This document shows, piece by piece, positions 48,101-58,989 of a stretch of 64,000 bases of DNA. Where the stretch lies: contig CAVPLU010000012.1 of assembly GCA_963706285.1 (NCBI GenBank), positions 1 through 64,000 of the forward strand, given 5' to 3'. The translations under genes and the position numbers were made by a program. The DNA comes from Candidatus Bathyarchaeota archaeon. GTDB taxonomy: Archaea; Thermoproteota; Bathyarchaeia; 40CM-2-53-6. A model generated the notes under the pieces. It ran no database searches. It had not been told where the DNA came from and saw only the letters and a list, made by a program, of their open reading frames with translations. Position 1 is the first letter of the stretch. Each line of letters starts with the position of its first letter.

Positions 48101-49784
48101 ATGCTCTTGAATTCTCAAAGGAGAAAACTGACAGCTGAGGAGCGACGATGGGAGAAGAAGATACTGAGTCCTTGGCTCTCGGATAATCCGGAATCCAAGA
48201 GTGGATTCAGGAATGCTTCTGGCATCGCCCTGAATCGAATCTACACTCCGAAGGAGACTGCCTCTGACGATTACACGAAAGACGTTGGGTTCCCGGGCAA
48301 TTTTCCGTACACTCGAGGAATCTACCCAACAATGTACCGTGGACGAACATGGACTATGCGCCTCTTTTCAGGATTCGGCACGCCCGAAGACACCAACAAG
48401 AGACTACGCTACCTTCTTGACCACGGCGAAACAGGACTGAGCATAGCCTTCGACATGCCCACTCTCTACGGGTATGATGCGGATCATCCACGTGCGCTAG
48501 GAGAAGTGGGAAAATGCGGCGTATCAGTCTCATCGCTCGAGGACATGGAGCACCTCTTTGCCGATATCCCTCTAGGAAAGGTGAGTACCTCGATGACGAT
48601 CAATGCCCCCGCAGCGATCCTCACTTGTATGTACATTGCGGTCGCACAGAAACAAGGGGTTGCACCCTCTCAGATCAAGGGTACAGTTCAGACGGACATT
48701 CTCAAGGAGTACATAGCTCAGAAGGAGTGGAACTACCCCCCTGAGGCGCACCTTCGCATAATCCGAGACATGATCGCATACTCCACAAGAAATTTGCCGC
48801 ATTGGAATTACGTCAGCGTCAGTGGATATCATATCCGTGAAGCTGGATCAAGCGCCCTCCAAGAGCTCGCCTTCACTCTTGCCGACGGATTTGAGTACAT
48901 CAAACTCGGCGTAGAAGCCGGTCTCAAAGTGGACGACTTCGCTCCACGGCTCTCCTTCTTCTTCAATTGTGGAATGGATCTTTTTGAGGAGGTTGCGAAG
49001 TTTCGGGCTGCCAGACGCATCTGGGCTCACGTGATGAAGAACCGATTTCGGGCAAGAGATCCACGGTCTATGCTCCTAAGATTCCATACACAGACTTCTG
49101 GAGCTTCGCTAACGTGGCAGCAACCGTTGAACAACATCGTAAGGACAGCGATTGAGGCTCTTGCCGCGGTGCTTGGGGGGACGCAGTCGCTTCACACCAA
49201 CTCATACGACGAAGCCTGGGCGCTGCCTACCGAGGAAGCCGCAACAATTGCACTTGAGAACTCAACAGATAATAGCAGAAGAGACGGGCGTCGCGGACGT
49301 GATTGATCCGCTTGGCGGATCATACTATGTTGAATACTTAACCGATGAGATGGAGAGGCAATCGTACGAGTACTTCGACAGGATTGAGTCTCTAGGCGGG
49401 GTCCTTCCAGCAATCAAAGACGGGTTCTTCCAGAAGGAAATCGCTGACACCGCATACAAGTACCAGAAAGAGATCGAGCGTCGCGAGCGGGTGGTCGTGG
49501 GAGTGAACAAATACGCGATGAAGGAACAGTCTCCTTTGAACACATTGAAAGTCGACATTGCCGGTCAAGAGAGACAGATTCGCAGACTGAAAGAGTTGAA
49601 GGTTCGCCGCGACAACTCGAGAGTCAAGACAGCATTGGACAACTTGCGCCATACGCTGGAGAATGATAAAGCGAATTGCATCGTACCCATCCTCAACGCC
49701 GTGCAGGAATACGCAACATTGGGCGAGATTACTGAGGTCGGTCGTCAAGTTTTCGGCGATTGGAAGGAGCCAGGCATACTGTAG
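48101..49784 (+). CDS. Acyl-CoA mutase large subunit, isobutyryl-CoA mutase-like; +1 frameshift near 49255
   Basis: [10 protein letters not shown] (Phe), [20 protein letters not shown] (Gln); start uncertain (47948-48101). Confidence 0.88.
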
Positions 49785-49873
49785 AATCTACATTCTCGAC
49801 GTTAATGTTATCAGAGCCGTATGAGAGATACAGGTCAAGGGGAAGCATTACGCAGGCCGTGACAGTGAAATCG

Positions 49874-50315
49874 ATGGAGCCTAAGGCAGGCGCAGGCATC
49901 AGGATCTTGGTCGCTAAACCCGGGCTTGAGCGAATCTGAACAGCTAGACGGGCACGACCGAGGAGCACTGGTTCTCTGCAGAGCATTCAGAGACGCCGGT
50001 ATGGAAGTGATCTACGCCGGACTATTGGCGACACCTGAGCAGGTGGCACAGATGGCAGTAGACGAAGACGTCGACGTGGTCGCGATGAGCCTGCTGAACG
50101 GTGCACATCTCACGGCCTTTCCCAAGGTCGCCAACTTGCTACGACAGAAGGGTGCGAGTGACATTGTCCTCGTTGGCGGGGGGATAATCCCCGAAGAGGA
50201 TAAGCCACTATTGGAGAAAGAGAGGATAACGGGCAATTTCGGCCCTGGAACTCCTCTCAGCGAGATCATCAACCACATAGTTGAAAGAGTGAAAAAGGAA
50301 AGACGCCGTGGTTAA
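49874..50315 (+). CDS. Acyl-CoA mutase B12-binding small subunit, two exons (49874-49928 + 49948-50315; 140 aa)
   Basis: Spliced product MEPKAGAGIRILVAKPGLDGHDRGA..RDAGMEVIY.G..S.L.GAH..GGGIIP..FGPGT. Confidence 0.92.
49929..49947 (+). other. 19-nt bulge-helix-bulge archaeal intron candidate in a protein-coding gene
   Basis: CCCG-GGCT-[TGA]-G-loop-C-AGCT-[AGA]-CGGG; cutting after nucleotide 2 of each bulge restores frame and the DGH motif. Confidence 0.85.
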
Positions 50316-50782
50316 ACGAGCGGTGCCTCTGCGTTTTCGGCGTACGACTGCCTTGCAGAACTTCACCTTCAGAGCATGCGTACCTGACGCCTTTCGAATA
50401 GGATTTTGGCGTATTGTTTTAGCCCATTCATGGCTTCCAAGGGCCACACTAACTGACAGCCCTGACTTCGGGCACATTAAGATGTGTACCCAAGAGCACA
50501 CAAATATCTGGGAAGCAAACCACTGATGGATTCAGACCAGGGAACAGTCCACCGAAATTGAGATGTGGTCACCTCGGCCACATCAAATACCCCCAGGATC
50601 TACAGGCACGGGGTCATCTACTCTCTTCCGCGCTTCCACTTCACGCTAATTTGGAGACCACACATGGAACGCACAGCGCCGATGTTAGAGATTCCTCGAA
50701 AAATCCATTACAACCTCAAACGGGTGAAGGAACAAAGCGCTTTATCATAAGCAACCCACCTCTTCTCTTCGAGGCGAAAACT

Positions 50783-52063
50783 ATGAGAAAGGTCGCAGTT
50801 GTTGCTGGTGGAATTTCCAGATATCAAAAACCGAGGCATGAAAACCAGGAGGAAATGGTTGCCGAGGCGATGAAAGAGGCGCTGGAGGACACTCCCAATC
50901 TCTCGATTCGAGATATAGACAATCATGTGTGTTCCTACTTTAGCGATCACTTTGAGCAGCAACTCGCGTTCTCATGGATACCTAATGATTACCTTGGACT
51001 TACGCCGAAGCCCGTCTTCAGAGTTGAAAATGGCGGAGCTGGACCTGGAACAGCAATCAGGACTGCTTGGGCGCTTGTTGCATCAGGCCTGTCAGATATC
51101 TGCTTAGTAAGTGGTTTCGAGAAGCAAGGTGAAGTTTCGTCAGCAAAGGCAAACGAGTTCATCGCTTTGGCAAGCGATACTGACTTCGACTTCCCAGTTG
51201 GCGGCTACTATACTGGCTACTATGCCGCGATGGAGGCACGTCACATGTACCTCTATGGCGAGACTGAGGAAGATCTTGCCATGATCGCCGTCAAGAACCG
51301 GAACTACAGCTTGGATAACCCATACGCACAGTGGCCGATTGAATGTGGAGGAAAGCGAATTACCGTTAGCGATGTCTTGTCGTCTCGTCTGATCGCATGG
51401 CCTCTCAAAGTACTTGACTGCTGCCTACTGAGCGAAGGAGCCAGCGTCATTGTATTGGCCTCACCGAAGTACGCCAAGAAGATCACGGATACGCCGATCT
51501 GGATAACGGGAGTCGGGCTTGGAAGCGACATGATGAGACCGGGGGATCGACCTGACAATCCAGGTTTCCATGGCATGTTCCCGAGCGAAGCCCGAGCGTA
51601 CCCGAAACACGCGCTAAAACCACGAGAACCATACCCTGAGATGACAAACTTCGGAGCTTGCAAGGTTGCAGCGCGGACCGCGTACAAGATGGCGGGAATC
51701 AAGAAGCCAGTCAAGGAGATCGATATTGTAGAGATACATGACGCGTATGATTCGAGCGAGCTCCAAACATACGAGGATCTTGACTTCTGCAAGAGAGGCG
51801 AAGGCAAGAATCTCATTCGAGAAGGGCAGACCTACGTCGACGGTGACATTCCAGTCAATGTGAGTGGAGGCCTCGAAGGTTTTGGTCATCCTGTGGGATC
51901 GACAGCAATTGGCCAAACAGTGGAGCTATTCTGGCAGCTTAGACAGGAAATTGGTAGGAAGCATAAGAGTGATGCAACTCAAGTCAAAGGAGCCAAAGTG
52001 GGGCTCAATCACAGCCACGCAGGGACCGGAACCGCGATCGCAGTCATGATCATGGAAAGGTGA
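50783..52063 (+). CDS. Thiolase-like protein (SCP-x type) lacking the nucleophilic Cys
   Basis: ENGGAG in place of E.ACAS; SEGAS, EIHDAY, N.SGG...GHPVG. Confidence 0.88.
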   Translation: MRKVAVVAGGISRYQKPRHENQEEMVAEAMKEALEDTPNLSIRDIDNHVCSYFSDHFEQQLAFSWIPNDYLGLTPKPVFRVENGGAGPGTAIRTAWALVASGLSDICLVSGFEKQGEVSSAKANEFIALASDTDFDFPVGGYYTGYYAAMEARHMYLYGETEEDLAMIAVKNRNYSLDNPYAQWPIECGGKRITVSDVLSSRLIAWPLKVLDCCLLSEGASVIVLASPKYAKKITDTPIWITGVGLGSDMMRPGDRPDNPGFHGMFPSEARAYPKHALKPREPYPEMTNFGACKVAARTAYKMAGIKKPVKEIDIVEIHDAYDSSELQTYEDLDFCKRGEGKNLIREGQTYVDGDIPVNVSGGLEGFGHPVGSTAIGQTVELFWQLRQEIGRKHKSDATQVKGAKVGLNHSHAGTGTAIAVMIMER

Positions 52064-52737
52064 ACCAAATGGAGCCTGACAAAGTCATCAAAGAGAAGAA
52101 GCCAGACTCAAAATGGTCAGAATGGGGTAGACTCGGAAAGTGGAATGTTGTAGGCTACAAGATCATCGAGGGGAACAAGGGCCCTAGACCAGACAAACTC
52201 CAAAGAGCTCGCTACATGCTCGTCAACCGTCCATGGGACGTGATGTATGAGCATAGCTATGGACTGGTCTCGAAATTCTTTGAAGGGCTCATGGAAAAGA
52301 AATTGATGGGAACCAAATGCCCGAAATGCGGAGACGTGTTCTGCCCACCGAGAGCGCACTGCTGGAGAAACAGCTGCAAGCTGGCGGAAACGGAGTGGGT
52401 AGAGATGCCAATGCATGGCATTCTCCACTGTTTCACAGTACTTGGTTTCGCAGGTGAGGCGTTTCTGTCAGATCTCCCATTCATACTCGCATACGTGAGA
52501 GTGGATGGAGCAAATACGATGATTGCAGGCAGATTTGTTGGGATGGATCCTGAAGACGTTGAATGTGACATGAAGGTAAACGTGAATTTTGTCGAGCATC
52601 CAACTGGAACTCCAATGGACATCTACTTTACTCCAGAAGGCCCACCGCTCGGCAGGCGCTCAGCGGAAGCAAAGGAACGGATGCGGAAGCAGCTTGAGCC
52701 AATTCGAGCATACGTGAAGGCGAAGTTCGGAAAATAG
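52060..52737 (+). CDS. DUF35 Zn-ribbon/OB-fold protein
   Basis: FFEGL..KLMGTKCPKCG...PPR.HC; follows the thiolase-like gene. Confidence 0.88.
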   Translation: MNQMEPDKVIKEKKPDSKWSEWGRLGKWNVVGYKIIEGNKGPRPDKLQRARYMLVNRPWDVMYEHSYGLVSKFFEGLMEKKLMGTKCPKCGDVFCPPRAHCWRNSCKLAETEWVEMPMHGILHCFTVLGFAGEAFLSDLPFILAYVRVDGANTMIAGRFVGMDPEDVECDMKVNVNFVEHPTGTPMDIYFTPEGPPLGRRSAEAKERMRKQLEPIRAYVKAKFGK

Positions 52738-52829
52738 CAACAACCTACACCTCAAGCGATGAGTTATTAGGCAATATGCTGTGACAGCTTGGGCCTGTTC
52801 AACGATCAGTTGTCTTGTCAGTGGTAAGC

Positions 52830-54002
52830 ATGGTAAGACCTCTCGCAAGTATTGTTTCCGTTGGCATCTCAAAATTCGGGATTAGAAAGGGACTGTACGC
52901 CCGTGAGCTTTTCCTGGAAGCCGCTCAAGAGGCCTTCGAGAGATGTCCGAATCTATCTCCTAGAAAGCATGTTGACGGCTTGTTTGTCGGTCAGATGAGT
53001 GAGTCATACGAGCATCAGGCGCACGTTGCACCTATGATCGCGGACTGGCTCGGTATTCTACCAGTGCCCGCATATCGCACCGAAGCTGCCTGTGCATCTT
53101 CCGGAGCAGCGATGAGATGTGCGATATTCGCGATAAAATCCGGCATGCACGACATAGTTCTAGTTGGGGGAGTCGAGAAGATGACGAACCAACCCACGGC
53201 AAGAGCGACTGAGTATTTGGGTATGGCTTCGGACTTTCCGTTTGAACAATGGCATGGGATAACATTTCCCGGCATATTTGGCATGATGGCTACGGCACAT
53301 ATGACAGAATACGGAACCACGGAAGAACAACTCGCCAAAGTCGCCGTGAAAAATCATGAGAACGGAGTATTGAACCCGAAAGCACACTTGCAGAAGAAGA
53401 TATCCGTCAGTGACGTGCTCGCGTCGCGGCCGGTCGCGTGGCCTCTGAAGCTCTACGACTGTTCAATGATATCAGACGGCGCAAGCTGCCTTATCCTCAC
53501 AAAACCCCAACTAGCCAAGAAATTCACCGATGACCCCGTCCACATTATCGGATCAGGGCAGGCCCAAGACACTCTCGGCCTCTTCGAGAGGAAGGATCCC
53601 GCGACGATGAACGCGACGAAACTGGCCGCAAGAGACGCTTACAAGATGGCAAACTTGGGTGTGAAGGATATTGACGTGGCTGAGGTCCACGACTGCTTCA
53701 CAATTGCTGAGATCATGGCGTACGAGGCCTTGGGTTTCTGCAAGCAAGGCGGAGGCGGGAAGCTGATCGACGACGGAGTCACGAATATTGGTGGTAAGAT
53801 CCCGGTCAACACGAGCGGGGGATTGAAATCCAAGGGTCATCCGGTTGGCGCCACGGGAACAGCTCAGGCCGCTGAGATCTATCTGCAGCTTGCTGGACAA
53901 GCAGGAAAACGGCAAGTAAAAGGAGCAAAGGTCGGCCTCACCCAAAATATCGGAGGCTCGGCCTCAACTGCTGTGGTCCAAATTTACCGTCGAGGGAACT
54001 AA
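52830..54002 (+). CDS. Acetyl-CoA C-acyltransferase (thiolase)
   Basis: EAACASSG, GGVEKM, SDGA, EVHDCF, N.SGGLKSKGHPVGATG, QNIGG. Confidence 0.94.
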   Translation: MVRPLASIVSVGISKFGIRKGLYARELFLEAAQEAFERCPNLSPRKHVDGLFVGQMSESYEHQAHVAPMIADWLGILPVPAYRTEAACASSGAAMRCAIFAIKSGMHDIVLVGGVEKMTNQPTARATEYLGMASDFPFEQWHGITFPGIFGMMATAHMTEYGTTEEQLAKVAVKNHENGVLNPKAHLQKKISVSDVLASRPVAWPLKLYDCSMISDGASCLILTKPQLAKKFTDDPVHIIGSGQAQDTLGLFERKDPATMNATKLAARDAYKMANLGVKDIDVAEVHDCFTIAEIMAYEALGFCKQGGGGKLIDDGVTNIGGKIPVNTSGGLKSKGHPVGATGTAQAAEIYLQLAGQAGKRQVKGAKVGLTQNIGGSASTAVVQIYRRGN

Positions 54003-54003
54003 A

Positions 54004-54402
54004 ATGACGCTTGACCCGCCACCCACCATAGAGAGCTTCTACAAATTCTGCACGGAAAAGAAGTTGATGGGAGTCAAATGCGCCAAATGTGGAAAGGTCA
54101 CCGTTCCTCCCCGCGCGATCTGCGTCCACTGCAGGAACACCGACCTGGGTTGGATAGAACTGCCAAGCAGAGGAAGATTGGTCACTTACACAGTGATACA
54201 TGTAGCGCCTCCCCAGTTCGAGGCACTTGCTCCTTACGCGATCGGTATTGTTGAGTTTGCAGGAGGAGTGCGACTCCCAGGAATGGTGAAGAACGTGAAG
54301 CTGGATAGCCTGAAGATTGGCATGGAGCTTCAGACGGAATTCGAAACGTCAACTTCGAATGAATGGCCGCAGTGGCCGCGTTACTTCTTTCGTCAGCTAT
54401 GA
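54004..54402 (+). CDS. DUF35 Zn-ribbon/OB-fold protein
   Basis: KCAKCG...PPR.IC..C, G.L.TYTVIH..P..F...PY. Confidence 0.9.
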   Translation: MTLDPPPTIESFYKFCTEKKLMGVKCAKCGKVTVPPRAICVHCRNTDLGWIELPSRGRLVTYTVIHVAPPQFEALAPYAIGIVEFAGGVRLPGMVKNVKLDSLKIGMELQTEFETSTSNEWPQWPRYFFRQL

Positions 54403-54466
54403 AATTCGGCCTGATTCATCGATTACCGCCAAGATTACGGCGGAGCCGGTCCTTCCTTCTGCTTAG

Positions 54467-54898
54467 CTAGCCCTGGCAGAGTTCCACAAGTGTTCCTCTA
54501 GTCGATTTAGGATGAAGGAAAGCGATCAATTGGCCTTCTGCGCCAACTCTCGGCTCCTTGTCGATCAGAGTGGCTCCAGCTCTCTGCGCTGCGTCCAGAG
54601 TGGCGCGTATGTCATCAACCGTGAGTGCAAGATGATGCATTCCCTCGCCACGCTTGGCCAAGAAAGCCGCAACAGTACTTGTGGGATCAGTCGGTTCAAA
54701 CAGTTCGATCGAACTCCCGCCGACTTTGAAACTTGCCACGCGTATCTTCTGATCTCTGACTTCCTTGACGTAGCTTGGTTCCAGACCAAGCGTTGACCGG
54801 TAGGTCTTCAATGCTTCGTCGAGGTTTGAGACAGCTATGCCCACATGGTTGAGGCCTTTGATCAACTTCTGCATCTCATTCGTCTGTCGACGTCTCAT
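54467..54898 (-). CDS. mce: Methylmalonyl-CoA epimerase
   Basis: HVGIAV, IELFEP, FL.KRGEG.HHLA, AFLHPKST.G.LVE. Confidence 0.94.
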   Translation of the reverse strand: MRRRQTNEMQKLIKGLNHVGIAVSNLDEALKTYRSTLGLEPSYVKEVRDQKIRVASFKVGGSSIELFEPTDPTSTVAAFLAKRGEGMHHLALTVDDIRATLDAAQRAGATLIDKEPRVGAEGQLIAFLHPKSTRGTLVELCQG

Positions 54899-55098
54899 GC
54901 CTATTACGCTTGCGAATGTCTAACTCGCAATCGATGCTTGGAGTTCCCCACGACTCAAAGGACAGCTACAGCTACCACTGGCACAATCCTGCAGATCTCG
55001 AGCGCCGTACACGCGTACGATCGGGAGGATCCTGCAATGGTCGGATCTATCCGACGCACTGACAGCTAACGCTGAGCGAACGACATCTCCGCGTAAGG

Positions 55099-55362
55099 TC
55101 AGTTCTTCTCTTCGGCCTTGGTTTCTGGGAGAGTCTCAGGCTCTAGCGGTGCGGGAGGAGGGGTCGTCATCATCGTCCACCCGATCCACATCGCGATCAC
55201 GAGCACTGCAAGCACAAAGAGAAGCACAGGCAACCCTACAGCCCAATCGTGCAGCCACATGGGGAGAGAGAGTACCTGAGGGAAGAAAGCTATGAGGTAT
55301 CCTATCGCAATGATCAATGAGACTACGAAAATGCCTCCGCCATACAATTGGTCTCGATTCAC
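55099..55362 (-). CDS. Conserved small archaeal membrane protein
   Basis: M.RDQ..GG.I, two TM helices, WIGWTM.TTPPP. Confidence 0.8.
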   Translation of the reverse strand: MNRDQLYGGGIFVVSLIIAIGYLIAFFPQVLSLPMWLHDWAVGLPVLLFVLAVLVIAMWIGWTMMTTPPPAPLEPETLPETKAEEKN

Positions 55363-55423
55363 ACGAAATCACTATCCAACTACTTCCGACCTCGTCATAG
55401 CATATAAAATGTTGTTCTTCCCG

Positions 55424-57269
55424 TCAGCGATAGGCGGGCCGAGTACTGACATGAAGGGGCAGTGTGAGGGGCCGGAATGGGTATCCAGCAGTTTTCTCCC
55501 TGATCTCGGCGGCGAGTCCTTCTACGGTCAATTTACGTTGGGTACCTGTTTCCCGCACACGAACCGGCAGCTCCGTTAGACCTTTCTCTCTAGCACCAAC
55601 GACTATGATGTAGGGGATCCATAGACATCTCGGCCGTTCGCACTCTCTTCTCTACAGTCTCATCAGAATCATCAACGTCAGCCCTAACTCTCGCGTCGCT
55701 CAGTTTTCTTGCGAGCTCATCGGCATATGGTAGAGAATCTCGCTTTACAGGAAGAATCCTCACCTGACTCGGTGCCAGCCAAAGTGGGAGCTGCGGCTTC
55801 TTTCCTTGCCTTTCCATCCTTGCACAAGTGTCCAATATCGTGAATATGTAACGCTCAACGGTCCCGATTAGTGCCGTATGAATTATCGGCGGATACTGCT
55901 TTGTGCTATTCTGGTCGACGTATGAAATGTCAAATCTCTTGGCATTTCCCATATCAATCTGGAACGTAGCTATTTCTCTGGGTCGGTCGAGTTCGTCGAC
56001 AATGTGATACTCAACATTGAGCACCCAGTAATAGATCCCCTCAGGGACAAAATTGAGGAGGATAGGCTTCCTTTCAAGCTTCGCCAGTTCAATGAAGTAG
56101 GACTTGTTACCTTCCAAGAAGCTCCTGGTTGTATTGTAGACTGAGACGTAGTCCCTTCCAAGTTTCGCTACCTCTTCATAGATTACCTTGTGTGCACCTA
56201 TGGACACGTCCTTCGAGTTCTCCAGATCGCGGCAATAGATGTGAAGGTCGGGCATGTGCAGTTTTCTTACCCTGAAGCATAGAAGCAACTCCCCGCTCTG
56301 CTCAAGACGATAGCTGTCTGCAACTTCGAAAGTGCCGAAAGGTATATTCCGGTAGCTGATCGTCCAATCCTTCACCATTGCGAATTGTTGGTGACATGCA
56401 GCATAACGCATGACGAAGCTCTTTTCGTCCAAATCAATCTTGTATAGCCTTGCCCCGAAAAGGTCGGCGTGTTCCTTTACGGGTTTCACTGAAAGATCGA
56501 AAAGGTTGGTCCCGCGTACCTGGAGCACTGGGATGCCGACGTGGTTGGCGATAGCCCAAGAATAGTCGGCGATTAGGTCGAATATTAGCGTGGCTTCGGG
56601 ACCGTATCTCATATGGCCAACGTCTGAGTACGGCTCCCACTCGATCCCGAATTTCCTGCAGTACTCCAGGAAACGGGGTTCGCCACCGCCTGCGAGTCCC
56701 TTCTTGAGAGCTTCTTTCTCGACGAGGCTTCTGAACTCTTCTTCTCCTTTAGAGTACCGATAATCTCCAGGACTGAATAGATGGCCTTCAAGATCCATTA
56801 TCATGTATTCCGTCGGAACGGGCGCACGTTCCCCAGTCTTCTTCTCAGCGGTTATCGTTCGCGAAAGCTCTGCCAGAGGATGCCCCAGACAATGCAGTCG
56901 GAAGCTCTTGTAATACCCGAACGGGCTTCTCTGAACTGCGAAGCCTTGATCATGGAGAAGGGCTTCCATCGTGGCGAGCACTTTGATTGCTGGATCTCTT
57001 GACGCTAGGCTGCTCGAAAGGTGTGCGTACGGGTACAGCATTACATTTCTAGTTCTCACTCGATCCGCGACTTCTTTGATCGCCTCCGATCCGTTCGCGG
57101 CGATCTTTCCTGGATCCTTTTCGTCATCTTTTTCGATTGTACAGAATGCAACTAGGACATTCTCCATTTGACCATGGGAACGTGAATCCTCGAACTCTTC
57201 TGGTTCATTAACTGCTTTCTCGCGCACCTGATACTCGAAGGATTGGGAGTGGATTAGCAGAACTCGCAA
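55424..57269 (-). CDS. thrS: Threonine--tRNA ligase (archaeal type), +1 frameshift near 55622
   Basis: MRVLLIH, YPYAHLS, PFGYYK.F...C.GHPLAELSR editing domain; MPDLH, IIH, P.WLAP.QVR; alternate frame WIPYIIVVG..E ends 55424. Confidence 0.95.
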
Positions 57270-57285
57270 CTGTCTTTACTCCATT

Positions 57286-57492
57286 CTATCCCGACAGACG
57301 CCATCTTTCTATCTGGCGATCCTTCTTCGATTTCTTCTTCATCTCTCTGTAATGCGTTCGGCACAAGTAAGCGCGTTTAGCGCCACCAATATCCATTTTC
57401 GCCTGTGCCACAACATCCGGTGAAACGGAACGCACGGCTGTCTGCGTGCATCCTGCGACATTGCATTTGACTCCTTTCGAGATCCTTCCCAA
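57286..57492 (-). CDS. Conserved small basic Zn-binding protein
   Basis: C-x4-C...AVRS...YLC..HY..KK; directly upstream of thrS. Confidence 0.75.
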   Translation of the reverse strand: MGRISKGVKCNVAGCTQTAVRSVSPDVVAQAKMDIGGAKRAYLCRTHYREMKKKSKKDRQIERWRLSG

Positions 57493-57613
57493 TTCTCAGA
57501 TGACAGCTCCTACGCCGCCAACCTTCGTACCTAGGACCTATTCAAGCGTGTCTACGTTTTTCTTACGTAACGCGATCTAATTTTGGGGTTCTGTCTGCTC
57601 TTACTTGGCTGTG

Positions 57614-58106
57614 TCAGTGTGATCTATGGCACAATCTGAGTAGCCCCTCTATGTCTTCTGGAGTGAAGGTTTCGGGCAGTGGGGGGAGATTGGGGATTGG
57701 TGGTTCCGGTCTAGGTTCAGACCACTCACCGAAATACCTTGCCTGGATCTCCCGAGCATAGTGCTCGCAGATTCCGTAGAATGTATTCATCTTCTCGTCT
57801 GCGAGATCTTTGCCTCGGAGCCAGTCTGAATCTCTGACCCTGTTTCCTGTTAACGGAAAACCCATCTTGAATAGCGCAAAGTGTGAGACCTCATGCCTCA
57901 CGCTGAACAGACTTGAGTTACGACCCAAGAGGATTACTTCAAAGTGAGTTGGAGAACGGACAACCATAGTGGCGTACTTGGAGTCGTCTAATCCTTCCTC
58001 GGGAATGTACTCGATCTCGAAGGTGACACTATCACTTAGGCCTAGCTTTTTGAGCGCTCTCTTGATCTCACGCTTGACTATCGACCTAGGGATCGTATAG
58101 AGTCAC
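57614..58106 (-). CDS. Hypothetical protein with HExxH motif; probable GTG start 58106 with frameshift near 58088
   Basis: Open frame extends ~45 codons upstream of the called ATG; RHEVSH motif. Confidence 0.55.
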
Positions 58107-58419
58107 TTCTTTCTCTCAGTGTAGTCTATCCCTTAGCTTCTACCGTATGCGCGTTGCTGCTTGTTTCTCATCGTCGTGTGGGTGCTTGCACAATAGAGAG
58201 CTAACTCCAGAGGTCTAAGTTATCGAAGAAGTATCCGACTAAATGATAGCCAGATATTGTCGGAGAAAACAAAGGAAGACAAGTCCTAAACGATGCCCCT
58301 AGACCCTCGTTCATGGTCGACCAATCGCGCTCAATCAGGGGTTCAGGGACCTCTTGCGTGCTCCGCAAAGCGTATTCATATAGCCTTCCTTCATAAAGGA
58401 CATCTCAAGTGTCAATCAG

Positions 58420-58989
58420 GTGTGCCCTCTGGCCAAACATGAAGCGTACATCAACATAGTGAACGTCGTCGCGTCAGCCACACTGAATCAGAAGATAGAT
58501 CTCAACTCGATTGTCCGGCTTTTTCCTGGCGTCGAATATAGGCCTGAACAGTTCCCCGGACTCGTATACCGGCTGAAGAAGCCGAAGACCGCGACGTTGA
58601 TCTTCAACTCTGGGAAGATGGTGTGCACCGGAGCGACATCCGAGAAGCTAGCAAGGAAGGCAGTCACGAAAGTTGTCGACGAACTCAAAAGGAATGGAAT
58701 GGTAATCTTAGGAAAGCCGGAAATCCAGATCCAGAACATAGTATCCTCAGTGGGGCTGGGAGGCAACGTTGACCTAGAAAAGACAACATACTCGCTGAAG
58801 AGGACGATGTACGAACCCGAACAGTTCCCAGGCCTCATCTACAGAATGGATGATCCCAAAGTAGTCATACTGATCTTTGCAACCGGAAAGCTAGTGGTTA
58901 CAGGCGCCAAGAAAGAAGCAGAAGTATCCAAGGCCGTCGAAAAATTGCAGGAAACGCTCGAAGAGAAGGGACTGATAACTTACCAGTAA
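58420..58989 (+). CDS. tbp: TATA-box-binding protein
   Basis: Two direct repeats NVVAS/NIVSS, Y.PEQFPGL.YR, LIF.SGK.V.TGA. Confidence 0.98.
   Translation: MCPLAKHEAYINIVNVVASATLNQKIDLNSIVRLFPGVEYRPEQFPGLVYRLKKPKTATLIFNSGKMVCTGATSEKLARKAVTKVVDELKRNGMVILGKPEIQIQNIVSSVGLGGNVDLEKTTYSLKRTMYEPEQFPGLIYRMDDPKVVILIFATGKLVVTGAKKEAEVSKAVEKLQETLEEKGLITYQ

Noticed and set aside
50316-50780. Possible cobalamin riboswitch or hidden gene between the B12 subunit and thiolase
   Set aside because: No B12-box consensus or convincing ORF recognised by eye; an Rfam scan would be needed.
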